From Anthoceros angustus (Eukaryota; Plantae; Anthocerotophyta), in the NCBI GenBank assembly GCA_010909165.1, contig VJWM01000119.1, positions 788,890 through 852,889 of the forward strand: DNA of 64,000 nt, read 5' to 3'. Of this stretch, positions 47,661 to 61,740 are shown one piece after another. The number at the start of each line of letters is the position of its first letter. Within the stretch, counting starts at the first letter, position 1. A model generated the notes under the pieces. It was not told the origin of the DNA. It saw only the letters and a list, made by a program, of their open reading frames with translations, and made no database searches. Position numbers and translations under genes: made by a program.

Positions 47661-48779
47661 GCGAAGGTGTATCCAATAAATCCTTGAAGTTCTGGCTTCA
47701 AGGCGGTCACTCATCGGCAAGTGGTGTGGGTGGCCCTATCCCTTCTCCCGGATCTTTGGGCTGTCCGTAATATGCTTGGGCTGTAGGGATGCCATCCAAG
47801 ACGCGCACGATCCACACAAAAGATCGCCAACACCATCGGCGATGCACTTATGTGCAGCTGTTTATGTGAAGATGCATGTTCGATCTGCATCTTCGCTAGA
47901 TGCAACAATCATCACCGAGAGATTAGTGCAAGAAGTCGTATACATATGTGGACTAGTAAACTTGTTAGTTTCATTATGATACAATATGCTTAATTTATCT
48001 TTCATTATGCACTTCTCTACACACAGATGCCAATCGGATGCGCACTTTTCTACTCACCGTGATGCCAATCTTTGTGCTTCTCTACTCACATATCATGCCG
48101 ATCTTCTCCGTAGTGCTCCTACTTTAGAGGTCTGTTGACTCTACTAATTATCGAATGGGAGTATACATATATAGCCTTTAGACTACACATATTCTCAAAA
48201 ACATGAACTTAGTCTCGATAACCTCACACATTGACCCTAACCTCAAAGATTATGCACATCTCACTATATCTTGACGTAATTGGATCCTCAATATGCCTCA
48301 TGCACTTCATTTTGCAAGTCATAGTAAAATACTTGATATATCCACACCAAGAGTTAATTATACGTAATTGAGTACACACCTTAGTAGTCTAGGTATACCA
48401 CGAACTACATATGACTTGTAACCAAGCTAGCTATTATAATTCTATTTCTCCATGACAATATCTTTCATGGTACCCATAATACCAATATTGTAACTAAGCT
48501 CACTATTATAATTCTACTCCTCCTTAATAATTTTTTTAACAGCTGGCTATTGTAATTCTATTCCTCCATGACAATGTTTTTCATGGTACCCATAGTACTG
48601 ATATACTAGGCGGACATAAGAGACACGCCTATATACATATTAAACTCCTAATCAATGAACCAACCACAACTTTTACACATTTGTATGCACATATAACATT
48701 GTTTAGAGCTGTACCAATCTTTCCTGTAAAGAAGTATTTCGGTTTGGAAGTCTACTCTTCCGTCGCTTTTCTTCCGAAC

Positions 48780-49317
48780 GAGTCCGACTTCCTCGTAAGA
48801 TTCTAGTGGACACCAATAGCTTTCCAATAGCATGTTGCGAATCTACATACATATGTATATGCGATTTTGGGATATGAGTGCAAAGTGCACATGGGAAAGG
48901 GCATTGTATATATATGTGGAGGAGATGGACACGAGAGCGTACTACAGCATACGATATCCTACATTGGATGTGAATGCAAGCGCATATGGGAGAAAAATAA
49001 TTGGTTTTATTAAAGAAAGAGAATAGATTAGGGTCATCCATCTATGAAAGGACATCAAAGGAAGATCGCAAGGATTGCTATAGATAGGAGCAATCAAACT
49101 CAAGTGGGATGAAGAGGTGGCTTGCATGCATTGCCCTATGCTTAGTGACCTTGAAAGCCATCCGTTAGCTATTGCTAACCATGTTTCATTAACACTAATC
49201 AATACTTAATTAATATAGCGCTTTAGATTAATTAATAATTACTTAAAGACAAGTCATTAAATTAATTAATGCTAATCAAACACTAAACCCAAGTGCAGAG
49301 TAGTGTCACCTATGACA
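48780..49317 (-). repeat. LTR-like fragment; inverted copy at 62339-62905
   Basis: Reverse complement matches 62339-62905; both begin TGTCATA. Confidence 0.8.
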
Positions 49318-49329
49318 TCCCGCTTCGAT

Positions 49330-49770
49330 ATGGGGTATGAGTGTTTGTGGGCGTGCTCACGTGCCTCATGAGGATGTCGCAGTCGCAATCACCGCATCGT
49401 CTGCCAAGCCAGCTATTTGATTCTCGCAGCCTAGTGCGGATTCCAAGTTCTTAAATGCAAGGGACACTTCAACATGCGAGACCGCCTCAGTGGCGTGGCC
49501 ATAGGGGTGGCGATTCCGTGATCGCCCATGTTTGAGTGCGTGTGGAGCTAGATTTTGCGAGCATGTCCCGGACGTGATGGCCACCATGCCCGCTTCCATC
49601 TTCACCGAATCGCCGCCAGCCGCTCAACGACCATATGTCTTTTCATATGAGAGTCGTGGCGCAGGGCCGGCATATCTCATGCCCGATAACGAGGGCAAGG
49701 TGGTGGGTGTCGATATGCGACAAACGCCTGCGGTTTGGAGGTGGCTTCCTCCTACCCGTACACGCATTGT
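49330..49770 (+). pseudogene. F-box family C-terminal fragment (third paralog)
   Basis: tggagctagattttgcgagcatgtcc..atgcccgcttccat and VDMRQTPAVWRWLPP match the F-box C-terminus (VDLGHTPAVWRWLP). Confidence 0.75.
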
Positions 49771-50429
49771 GAGCACCAGAGTCGCTCGGATCCGGTCGGA
49801 TTTCGCCACCGGAAGCAACAAAGAAGGATAAATAATTAGAACAACGAACATGCCTAGTCTATTAGCTATTGAGAGACTCCTCTAAACTATTTGCATCCTT
49901 CCGCTCAACATTGGTCTATGCTTCAATCATCGCAACAATCGCCTTGTGTAGCGCTAGCTACAATTAAAATATTAAATTAAGCTTTCCAAGAGCAGTAATC
50001 GAACATCATTTCTTTCCTTCCATTTGCGCAACAGAACATCACACCAACGAACGCTCACGTTAACGCTTGGTGGTCCGATCATCGCAAAGAGAGAAATGAG
50101 AACGAAACATTTTTTTCATGATAAAGGCATTCACTCCATGCTCCTCAAATTCCAAACATCGATCATCACGACCGCGGAATCACGTGGTACCATGTCGCAC
50201 CATGTCTTCGAAACCAACTTGCAAATCATCATCTTCGATATGGCGATCGAAAGCGAGCAACCGCAAGATGAGTTCCGAGCCCACTTTTTCCGATCGTGAG
50301 TGCAAGGGCTTTGAAATATGCAGGCAGCTGGTAGATTCTATTGTCGTCGGAGCGGTGGAAGGATGAAGTGCATCGTCAATGTGAGCATACTCGAGCTTAG
50401 AGTCAGCAAAGAATGGTCGCAGGATCAAA

Positions 50430-50814
50430 AACATGGTTCTAGTGTTCGAAGACGGGGTGAATTAGATTCGGAGGAAGGGCAAGCTCATAGGCCATAGGGC
50501 CAATGCAACGGAGGATACTAAGGACCAACCAAACGAGGGAAATCTTACGAATCCCGTGAAGGGATAAATTCGGCAAGATAACACATAGGTACCAACCGCA
50601 AATTCTGAGGACGACGATGATTGTGATTGGGCTTTTGGGTTCCATGGGCAAACCGACGAGCCTCTGCAGAATTTGGACACGTTGGGTGAGAAAATCGATA
50701 CAGCAGGGACACAAGCAGAGGCAAGAAGCGTAAAGCAACGCATGGGGTGAAAACCTTTGTTGAACAAGAATGGAGTAACTCGGGTTGAGGCGTTAGGGGC
50801 GTTGTTGTAGTAAA
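50430..50814 (-). mobile_element. Ty3/Gypsy integrase C-terminal fragment (continues from 61741-62335)
   Basis: YNNAPNASTRVTPFLFNKGFHP; IGPMAYELALPPNLIHPVF. Confidence 0.8.
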
Positions 50815-53800
50815 CACTACTAGGAAAAAGTATACTTTTACTAATTACGCTTTACAATAGGGTGCATTTTACCACGATCGCCCATTTTACTACGCCAATT
50901 GAAGGCACCGCTTCAAGTCCATGTATTATTTTCAAGTATAGCCCTGAATTTACTAAACCTCATTCCAACTTTACTACAGGGCTTGTTTTGCCAAAGGCGC
51001 AACAGCTGACGTGGCAAAACAAAATGGATTTTACTATGGGGCACTTGTTACTTACAACAGAGCTTATGGACGTTACAACGATGGCATGTTTGTTTACTAC
51101 GGGCCATCAATTTACTACAAGACTTTCTCCATTACAACGGGTTCTTTTACAACATGCCTATGGTATTTTACAACATCCCATAGTTTACTACACACCTGTA
51201 GGGTTTTCAACAAGACCCTTTACGACTAGACACCGTCGTTTACAACAGACTAATTTAGAATGGGTTTTGATGATAACCCACATCTTTTACCCTAAAAGAA
51301 AAAGTAGAGGTAACCGGTGTACATACACGGCTAGGCCGACCCTAAACGAGAACAAGCGGGACATGCTGAAAAATCCTCCATATGCATCCACATCCCTATG
51401 CATCCATATTTTCTTCAAAGACAACGCTTTTCCACGGCGTGGTCCCGACAACCACTTTATTGTCATACAAAAGTTTGAATTAGTTTGGGTGACACAAGGG
51501 TAAAGGGATCATCTTGAACTCGTAGAAGGATAACAAGATCTAGGGTTCACTATGTGCATTTAATTGTCCTTCTTCAATCCCTTGTCGTGATCATTTGCAT
51601 CCTCATAAACTAGTTTGAACCACTTAACCTTTAAAAATTAGCGTTGATGACAACCCAAAGTCAACCTTTAAAATTTTCTGCACTATTCCCACATATGGCC
51701 GAGGAGAAGTGTGGCCGAGGATTAGGGTTTGGGTCAAATTAACCTTGGCCTTCAAAATCGAGTTGAATATGTCGGATGAGGGTTAGGGTTTGGTTAAAGT
51801 AACCTTGGGCTTCGGATTCGCATGGAATATGCTAGCTTGAGGTCTAGGGTTCGGGTAAAGTCCTATTATCACCGATATCCAAGGAAGAAGAAGGCTATAA
51901 ATGCAATGATAATGTGCTAATTCACCAAGCCATATCCAGGGTTTGAGCTCCATTCCCACCAGAGCAAAAACATCATGCAAAAACACGCACTGGCGAGTGC
52001 TGCGAAATTCCTGCTCAACCTAATGGCGGGAAGTCCTGACTATGAGTCATTTCCGCCGGCGTTTCACACCGCGGTCAAGGGAGAGACGCTGTACAAGTGT
52101 ATGGAAAACCCTTCGTCTCGTATCATGACTCAGAGAGGCAAGCCCGCACCAGAATCGCTGACGCCAGCCATGGCCGCCACGCTAAACCCTGGAGATGGAG
52201 ATGGAGGCAGCTAGTCGTCGAAGTCGCGCCAAGGAGAGTGCCTGCAGCTATCTTAGAAACTCAAGTGCTTTCGTTGTTCCAGCCAGATTTGGGCTCAAGG
52301 GTTGCAAGGATTGATGTTTCTGTGTCCCGCTGCAGTGCCAGGTGCGACTTACCGACTCCAAGCTGCCTGGTGCAGGCAGCCCATCAACAAAGTCGTTCCC
52401 ACGACTCCTAGAAACCTGCACGTGAGCAGATTTCATGTCACTTCGACGACTAACTGCGAGATCTGAGTGCGTCTGGGCTTAGAGCAGGTGGCTACGCACC
52501 CACAGCAAGGCACCACCTCCCCGCCTCACTAGCCGCAGCAGCGTTGCAGCCACAGCAACGCTGATCCAACAAGTTTGGGGTTTCCAACCTTCCAGGGGTC
52601 ATAGCGCCCGCGTTACAGGTCGGTTGCCGTTGATTCTTATACCAAACTGCTCGCCTTGATGAGGCGAGTCTAATGGTATACTGTGTGTCCAATTTGGAGC
52701 CCTATCCAGGGACTGATTGCGTTTGAAAGTTTCGAACAGCAGGGTTTTGCTCTTGCTGCATTTGCTTTGATTTTCAATCGGCATCGCGAGTGAGCGAGGC
52801 CGTGTGCTACAAGCTTTGCATGTGAGCTGGAGTTTTGCTGTGCTGTGTTTCTCAATCCTAGGGCAGACATAGGGGACCGTGGGTGCTGCCGCATGATCAA
52901 AGCAGTTGAACTTTCTATTTTGTGCTAGGGAGGAGGGTGCCATGAAGAGGGTGAAGGATACAGGTAGCAATACCTACACATGCTTTGGCCATGGGGGCAG
53001 CGTGGTTTTCTGGATAGGATTACGTAAAAGCGATCTGTATTGGAAACTCCACATTGGATTGTGTCTTTGAGTGATTTTTGTTTTTTTGTTAAGTTTGGTG
53101 TCAAGAAGAGCTAGGTTATGAGTAGGAAGGATATTTATAGTAGAAAGTGTCCTTGGCCTATGAGTTTTGGGTTGTTTCCTGGGTTAATAATAATGGTCCT
53201 TGGACTATGAACCTTGGCTTGGCCTTTGGTCTTGGAATATTTAATAAAAGGCCTATATATGGGGGCGGGGTCCCCATATTTGGCAGTCCATAGGCTAGAG
53301 GTCAACCAACAGTAGTTGGTGTGTGTGGTGGCCCATGGGGTGTCACGGGGACTATGTTTTGACGGTTGGCGGCGGGAGGTGTCGTGGAAGGAAGGGCGGC
53401 GGAAGGGGTAGTCGCGGAAGCCGGCCCGTAGGCGATTTGAAATATAACCCTAAGGAACTTGAAAGCAGGCATGCGTGGTAGCTCAGATTCTGACAGCACG
53501 AGCTCGGCCACATGAAGGGCACCACAGTGGCGGCGGGCTCGATTCTGGAAGGAAGAAACCACAGGGGGGCCAAGTTGGAGATTAAAGGCGAGTTATCCAG
53601 TGATTGTGGTAGGTGAGGGTTTTGCGAGCATGGAAGGTTGTGAAATTTGCCAATGGCCAAATATGGACCATTGGAGGTCCAGGTGGAGGATTGGTGAGGA
53701 GGCGGGACTTGGGATCATGGAAAAACAGTGGAGAGTTTATGGGAGGATTTTCGGATCACGAGGAAGGAGGACCCATAAATTCAGCAAAGGGCGAAGGGCG

Positions 53801-56800
53801 AGGCGACCAAATCGGAGGGTGCGGAGATAACATGGGCGGGAGTAGTGGCATCCTAGGAATAGAACTTTGGATAGGATGCCATCTTGGACCTAAGGCCGTC
53901 CATTGTAGGCGCCTCTTGGCGTTCGGCCGTTTTAGGACAGTCGGTGGCTATGACGCCCAGAATTGTATAAAGGCTTGGTTGTGCCTCACATCGGATAACT
54001 CTGGTTGAGATCCCCATGCTGTGGCTGGTTGGAGACGTCCAGGTTAGCGGAGGTGGTGTCGCGAGGGGCGCTCCTAGGGGTGGTCGAGCTTGCTCCCGCG
54101 GGAGGAGGGGTGATGAGCAATCTTCGACAAAGGAGGAGGAAACCAAGGGATTGGCGCGGGCGGGTCTGGAGCTTGCTCATGCCTTTGGCCTTGGGGTTCT
54201 TCTTTCCTTCACCCTTGTTCCGTTGTTGTGTTCGAAATTGAGAGAGAAGTGTTGAGTGGATGGTTGGAAGCTCAGGCGGGTGAGGGAGAGAGAGAGAGAG
54301 AGAAGATTGGGTGAAGGTGGTGAACCTTTGCAGCGATCACGAGGTGTAAGAGGAGTTGAGAAGGGAACTAATTGAGAGACTAACGGTGGAGATTTGTGTG
54401 GATCCAAAGAATCCAAACCGGTCTTTGTTGGTGGAAGTGTACAAGAGGAAAGCAGTTCCCTTGTAAAATTGTGTGAGTGTGGCGCCTTTGTGTGTGTGTG
54501 AGCGGTGAGGGATTTGTGGAACTTTGGTCCCTAGGAATCGGTGTGTGTGTGCATGAAGTGTGGAGTCAGAATAAAGTCGATCATGCCGATGGTAGGCCTT
54601 GCGTGGCGAGGATCCAGCGGCGTCTTGAAATAATCGCTAGGGTTTGGCGTGGGACCCACCTCGGTGGTCGAGCAACTACCGGTGGTGAGAGCCACCGCGG
54701 TGTGGAATAAGATTTCTTGATCGTGGAATAAGATTTGTGGTCGTGGAATAAGATTCGTGGTTGTGGAATAAGATCATGGTAGTTAGACAAGTCGAGGTAG
54801 TAGTAGTTGAGTAGATAGGTAAGAGGAGTAATAGCGTAAGTCGACTTAGGTGAAGGTCGATGGCGATAGAAGTTAGTCTCTTGGCACAAACCATTCCCTT
54901 GGGAGCGAATCCTAAGCCTAGCGACATTGAGGGTGAATGTGGACCTCACGGTGTCCCTAGACACAAATTCACACTCCACATTTTGGCCGTTGCAGAATGG
55001 CTCATCAGGCGTGGGTAGAACTAACCATAGCCTAAGTAGAGTCTAGCATTACTAGATTGATAGATGGATGCCTCTGGAGACAAGCGACTCGATCGTGTGG
55101 GGAAGCGCTCGCAGCAAGCGACAAACAAGCAGCGGAAAGGTTGCGAGTCACGAGGAGGAGGCGGAGTCACACCGGGACAAGGGAAGCGAGGGGAGTCGAA
55201 TCGGGCGGATCTATCGACTGATTCCAACTCTGACTCTAAGAGGTACAAGGGCCCGTACAACCCGATCCCACCTTTGATCTCCGTTCAGGCCCCCGGCGGT
55301 CAGTCAATGTGGGAGATCGGTCAGACGTGGTGGCCACACTACCGATCGTTGAAAATACTACCACTGGCCGCTACTACTCCGGTGCTTGTTACCACTAAGC
55401 AATCTTACCCGTTGTATGGAGAAGAAGGGCCATGAGGATCCCGACGAGTTTGTCGGCGTTTTGAGCGGTGGCGGCTTGCCAACGGGAGGATGCGCGTGCC
55501 CAATGTTTATGGGGTCTTACGCGGAGGCCAAGTGGTACAAGCGAGTATATAGCTTCTTCCACACCCCACTACCTTTGGGGCCTTGAAGAGGGCTTTTTGA
55601 AAGGTTTAGAGGGGTCGATGTGGAAGGATATGTCTTGTCAAACTCGAGGATTGCGGAGAGGAAGAAGGAGACACCGCTTATGTGGAAAGGTTCCACAGCC
55701 TGCGTGATCGTGCTGGACCTCACTCGGAGTTAATGGCAATCCGTTGGTTCGCGAGAGGTCTGGGCGGAGATGGGAAAGCACGTACGTCTCCAAGCTGAGA
55801 AAGACTTGGATCGGGCGATCAAGGCCGCCCTGAACTACGAGGAGTCCAATGCAGAGGGGAAAAAGAAATCGAAGAAGGGGATACGGAGAGACAAGAAGAA
55901 ATCCAGGAAGAAGAAGAAGTACTACTCATCCTCCGATGACAGTTCCACGGAGGAAGATAGCTCCTCAGCAGACTCCTTGGATAGTTCCACGGAAGAAGAG
56001 ACCTGATAGCTCGAGGAAGATTCACGAGATGAGCGTCAAGGGAGAGAAAGAAGGAAACGAAAAATGAGTGGGAACAAGACGCGCGCAGGAAGGAGCTGTA
56101 TGCAAAGAAGGACGCGGAGGCGGTGAGAAGAGAGGTGGAATGACCAAAAAGGTGGAGCAACAAGGAACAAGATGGAAGAAATGATGGCCAAACTGAGAAA
56201 CTTCATCTCAATGCCATAAAAGACCACGAGAGGAGAAGGGCTCTGGAGGCCGGCGATCTCTTCCTCAACTTATGGACAGCAGGGCACTCGGTCAGGCTGT
56301 CCAAACGGTGCAACTGGCTACGAGGAAGAGGAGGAGGAGATGTGCTTGGAAGATACATACCAAATTCAAGAGGCGGCACCGATTTACAGGTACCAAGACT
56401 TTACCCCTCAAGTTCTGAAACTCCACGGCATGGGCATTCGCAATCGATGGCAAGGAACCCGGGCAAATGAGTGCCATTCGATGTTACAATTTGAGGATTA
56501 GGGCATCTTGCAGCCCTTCCGCATCTCGCCAGGAATGGTGATTTTGAGAGGTCGTGTGGATTGCAAGCAATCGGGCACGTGTGGCGTCCTCTGCCGGACA
56601 GAAAAACATGTGAGGATTGCTCAACCCCTTCACCCCACCCCAGCAAATCGTTGCGGTCAGAGTCGAAGATGCTCATGGCGGTATGGGAGGATTCCGAGGC
56701 CGTGGAGAACTGGAAGGTTTGGGGATATGGATGGCGGGTATCATGAAACTCATGGCATTCGAACGGGCAGCGAGAGGAAGGTGGACACCCCGGAAGGAGC

Positions 56801-59800
56801 GGGAAGAAGAAGAAGGAAGGATTGGAGCCTCATCCATCCGAGTGAGGAGGAAGTTGCGTCTTCATCGAGGAAGGAAGGGGGTCCGCCACAAAATGCGAGG
56901 ACTCGGTATGGAAGCGAGACAAAGGCATCTCGAATGGACGGGGCAGGCGCATCACCCACAAAAATTACGATTTTGCACCAGATGTAACTCCTAGCAAACC
57001 GCGGTTCGAGGGGCGTGCGAAGAAGAAGCCGGAGGGTGGAACTCGAGTCGACATCTGGCGAAAACCCGGGAGAGAAGAAGGATGAGTTAGGCGCCGCGAT
57101 GTCGAAGGAAGTCATGGAGATGATCCGAGGAAGGAACGGACCCAGCGGTCACACCTCACACTCGCCCCAGCTACACCATCACCTGGCGACACGACTGGAG
57201 CTCGCGGTTGCTGAAGAGTGGGGCAAGCGAGAAGGGAGAACACATGAATGGCCCTTTCAAGCGGAGGCCATCATGGACCAAAAATTCATGATAACATTTG
57301 GACACTTCTCGGGGACAATCAAGCCAGCAGATCCGTGGGCATTGAAGGCAGCACAACCCAAGAAGAGGCGGACCCTTCCCAAAACAAGGCCGAGGCCCCT
57401 TGCCGTGAACATGGTGGCCATGGTGCGACCAAAGGAGGCTGGATAGAAATCTCGGATGCGTTATCAAGAAAGTACCTCGGATTACTCGGTCCGGGGTCAA
57501 CATCATGACGAGGACACGGAGTTGAGTGGAGATAGAACACACATCCAAGGTCTTTGCGTCTTGCGGACATGTCCAGGATGACACCGTGGGGAGCGACGAG
57601 TTCTAACCCATATTGGTACCATTCCGTACCTTATGGACTATGTGGTCATCAACAAAAGCTCCACGGATATGTAGCGTTTTGATTGGCGGACGTGATGTAT
57701 CGCCTGTACCTTCAAGTGGGCAAGGAAGGAAGTGGGCTTCAAACCTGCTGGGACCCCAAGGTTAAGGAAGGGAGGATATGTTTATCTTGGAGTCGAGATA
57801 CGTACGCAGGAGAGACGCCCACGGAAACAGATGGCTATACCTCTGTAGAAGACACATTTGGGGAGGAGGATGAGAAAGAGAAGTTCCCGTTTGCCCACAT
57901 TTCTTGGTCGGATGAAGAGCGGGACTATCGAAGAGACATTCCCCACTCCATCAGCCTGGTGGGTTGTTATGGAGTGACAGTTGACTGCACTGGTGTGGAA
58001 GGTACTACTGCGGTAGTGGAAGGTGGAACGACGGTTGTGGAAGGTGGTGGAAGGATTCTTGTTCCCGATGAAGCGTTCATGCGGCGAGATGGAGGCGGCT
58101 GGCGGAATCGGAAGGCGGCAAGTGATGGTGGTACAGCGAAAATGAGAAGGGAGATCCGGATACGAGGCCTACTTAAATATTTGAGTTCTGGAATCGGGCA
58201 GCATCCCTCGGACCTTTCAAGGCAACAACGGCATGCCTCGATTGCATTATTCGAGTCCATTTGTCCGCCAGGGATATAGGAGGGACGGACGGAAGAAAGG
58301 TTGGGTGGTACCTCGTGACTTGGACCTACCATATGACAGATATATGCACTTTCGAGGCAAGCTTCACCTTGATGGATGGGGCCATATAAAGTCCTTGAAG
58401 TTTTAGCAAATGGCTCCATACTAGCATTAGAGGCGACCCTACCAACTGTGGTCAGCGGTTGGAGAGTCAAGAAATATTACACATGAGTTGGCGAGGCGCC
58501 AACAAATGAGAAGGAGTATGTAAACGATCGGTATTGGAAACTCCCATTGGATTGTGTCTTTGAGTGATTTTTGTTTTTTTTAAGTTTGGTGTCAAGAAGA
58601 GCTAGGTTATGAGTAGGAAGGATATTTATAGTAGAAAGTGTCCTTGGCCTATGAGTTTTGGGTTGTTTGGGTTGAATAATAATCGGTCCTTGGACTATGA
58701 ACTCGATACTCCTTGGCCTTTGGTCTTGGAATATTTAATAAAAGGCCTATATATGGCGGGGTCCCCATATTTGGTGTCCGTAGGCTAGAGGTCGAACCAA
58801 TAGCGGTAGTTGAAGCGGTGTGTCGGGGGGGTGTCGGGACTATGTTTGACGGTTGGCAGGCGGGCGGGCGGTCGTGGAAGGAAGGAGCGCGGAAGAAGAA
58901 GTGGTAGCGGAAGCCGGTTGGCGTGAGAGTTTCGGGAAATATAACCCTAAGGAACTTGGAAGGCACGAGGCAGTAGCTCAGACAATCCCAGCGGACGAGC
59001 TCTGCAGGGGTCAGAAGGGCAGCCCGTGGCGGGGAGCTCGAAGGAAGAAACCACAGGGGGGGACCAAGTTGGAGATTCTGAGGCGAGAGTTATCAGCAAT
59101 TCAGTATGCGTGAGGGTTTTGAGAGCATGGCGCCCAAGGTTGCGTGAAATTTCACCCAATGGCCAAATATGGACCATTGGAGGGTCCGAGGTGGAGGATT
59201 GGTGAGGGAGGCTGGGACTTGGGATCATGGAAAAAGCGATGGAGAGTTTATGGGAGGATTTTCGGATCCCGGAGAGGAAGGAGGACCCATAAATTCAGCA
59301 AAGGGCGAAGGGCGGTGACCAAATCGGAGGGTGCGGAGATAACATGGGCGGGGAGTGGCATCCTAGGAATAGAACTTTGGATAGGATGCCATCTTGGACC
59401 TAAGGCCGTCCATTGTAGGCCTCTTCGCGTTCTTTTAGGACTTGGAAAGTCTGGTGGCTATGACGCCCCGACAATTGTATAAAGGGGCTTGGTTGTGCCT
59501 CACATCGAGATAACTCTGGTTGAGATCCCCACGCTGGGGTTGGAGCGTCCGATTTGAGAGGAGGTGGTGTCGCGAGACGCTCCTAGGGGTGGTCGAGCTT
59601 GCTCCTGGCGGGAGGAGGGGTGATGAGCAATCTTGGCGACAAAGGAGGAGGAAACCAAAATTGGCGGGCGGGTCTGGAGCTTGCTCGTGCGCATGGCCGG
59701 GGTTCTTCTTTCCTTCACCCTTGTTCCGTTAGTTGTGTTCAAATTGAGAGAGAAGTGTTGAGTGGATGGTTGGAAGCTGGGCGAATTGAGGGAGAGAGAG

Positions 59801-61740
59801 AGAGAGAGAAGATTGGGTGAAGGAGTGACTGAACAACATCTGCGATCACGAGGTGTAAGAGGAGTTGAGAAGGGCTAATTGAGAGACTAGGTGGAGATTT
59901 GTGGATCAAAAGAATCCAAACCGGTCTGTTGGTGGGTGTACAAGAGGAAACAGTTCCCCTTAAATTGTGTGAGTGTGCCCTTTGTGTGTGTGAGCGGTGA
60001 GGATTTGTGGAACTTTGGTCCCTAGGAATCGGTGTGTGTGTGCATGAAGTGTGGAGTCACGAATAAAGTCGATCGTGCCGCGTGGTAGGCGCCCGTGGCG
60101 AGATCAGCATGGCCGTCTTGAGCCAATAAACTAGGGTTTGGCGTGGGACCCACCTCGGTGAGTCGAGCAACTACCGGTAGTGGTGAGCCACAGATTGTGG
60201 AATAAGATTTGCGGTCGTGGAATAAGATTTGTGGTGGTCGTGGAATAAGATTAAGTGGTTGTGGAATAAGATCATGGTAGTTAGACTAGTGGAGGTAGTA
60301 GTAGTTGAGTAGATAGGTAGAGGAAGTAATAGCGGTAAGTCCGGCTTGGGTGAAGGTCGATGTGATAGAGTTAGGCGTCTCTTAGCCCAAAAACCATTCC
60401 CTTGGGAAGCGAATCCTAAGCCTACTAGCATTGAGGGTGAATGTATGGACCTCACGGTGTCCCTAGACTGGGATTCACCTCCTGGAGTGAAGAGAGGAAA
60501 GTTTGGGGAGGGGAGCCAACCGTGGATGAGATGTGACCAGGTATAGTTCAGGTGGGTACGTGCTGCGGGCGTTTGGATGAATTCAAAATCACAAGTCCCA
60601 CTTTGGTCCCTGAGGTTAACTCACGAGGTTGACACTATTAAGCGTGTGAAACATTGGTTGAGGCGGGGTTGCAACCCGATGAATGTAATGCCAATCATGG
60701 GGGCAGCTTATAAAGTTGAAAGAGTTTTGGATGCGATGCGGAACTAGAACTCCGACTTTAGAGTGCAAGTGGACTCAAAGGCGGCGGAAGGACAAAAGCG
60801 ATTAATGTGTGGACCTTGTTGGAAGGATGCGAGGCTATTCCATCAAGGAGTCGATGAGGAAGGTCATGGAGGCCATCCTAAGCGAGAATGTCATAGATGG
60901 CGGGTGGATGGTGGGGCATTATCTTCCCATAAAGTTGCAAGACAAGTCGAGGATGCTTGAGCATGATTCGTTAGGTCGCTGTCCGTGACTATTGTGTCTA
61001 TTTTGTGATAGCTCTTCGTGAACTTGAACCGATTTAAGTTCGTGGGTTCTTTTGTGGTGGCAAACCTTTGGGGCACCTGGCCTTGAGTTGAGGTGCCGGG
61101 TGGAGAAAATTTAGATGCCCTGTAGCATGTAGGGGCCGGGAGTCTAATATATTGTAGGATGTAGGTGCAATCCCCAAATTTATTCTATAACCCACACACC
61201 CGCCTAGCACTCCTTCATTTTACTACAACAGAGTGCACTTTACTACAAAGAATATAAATCCAGATTATTTTTACTACGGTCCTGATTACATCAGATTTTT
61301 ACTACGCGCCTTATTTTGCAGCCGTGTGTTTTACAACGCCCGTTATAACCAGTTCATCGATTAACCTAACCATGGTTACATAACTATGGTTTATAAACCA
61401 TCGTTATTTAACTTCAGTTAATAAACTTGAGTTAATTCACATTGGTTACTTAACCATATTTTATTAACCACGATTCTGATTGTTGTAAATGCCGCTGTAG
61501 ATCACCGTAGTAATTGTTGTTGTAAAAAGTGGTAGTTAAACCCTAAGCATGTACGGTCAACTCAGTAAAGTATATCGTATGTATGTCACATACGAATACG
61601 GGATATAGCCATGGTATACGGTGTGAAGACATTACCACGGAAATTAACGCTATGTGTTTACAAGCATTTTACTACATGTAGTAGTGCAGTAGTAATGTCC
61701 GTAGTAAATTCCAGTAAAGGACACGTTTTTCCTAGTAGTG
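50815..61740. mobile_element. Non-autonomous CACTA element
   Basis: TIR CACTACTAGGAAAAA at 50815 and TTTTTCCTAGTAGTG ending at 61740. TSD AAA on both sides. tttactac/tttacaac subterminal repeats at both ends. No transposase seen. Confidence 0.92.
53023..60486 (+). mobile_element. Athila/Tat-like Gypsy LTR element, non-autonomous; LTRs 53023-54980 and 58519-~60486
   Basis: ~1.96-kb direct LTRs. PBS-like ttttggccgttgc at 54981; PPT gagaaggag before 58519. Internal gag (EDPDEFV, K/S-rich tract, zinc-knuckle remnants), protease-like GSGVNIM, and integrase tail GKL..MGPYKVLEVLANGS..VSGWRVKKYY. No RT/RNase H seen. TSD not resolved. Confidence 0.85.

Noticed and set aside
50862-51503. 213-aa ORF with FTT repeats
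   Set aside because: Translation of CACTA subterminal tttactac repeats.
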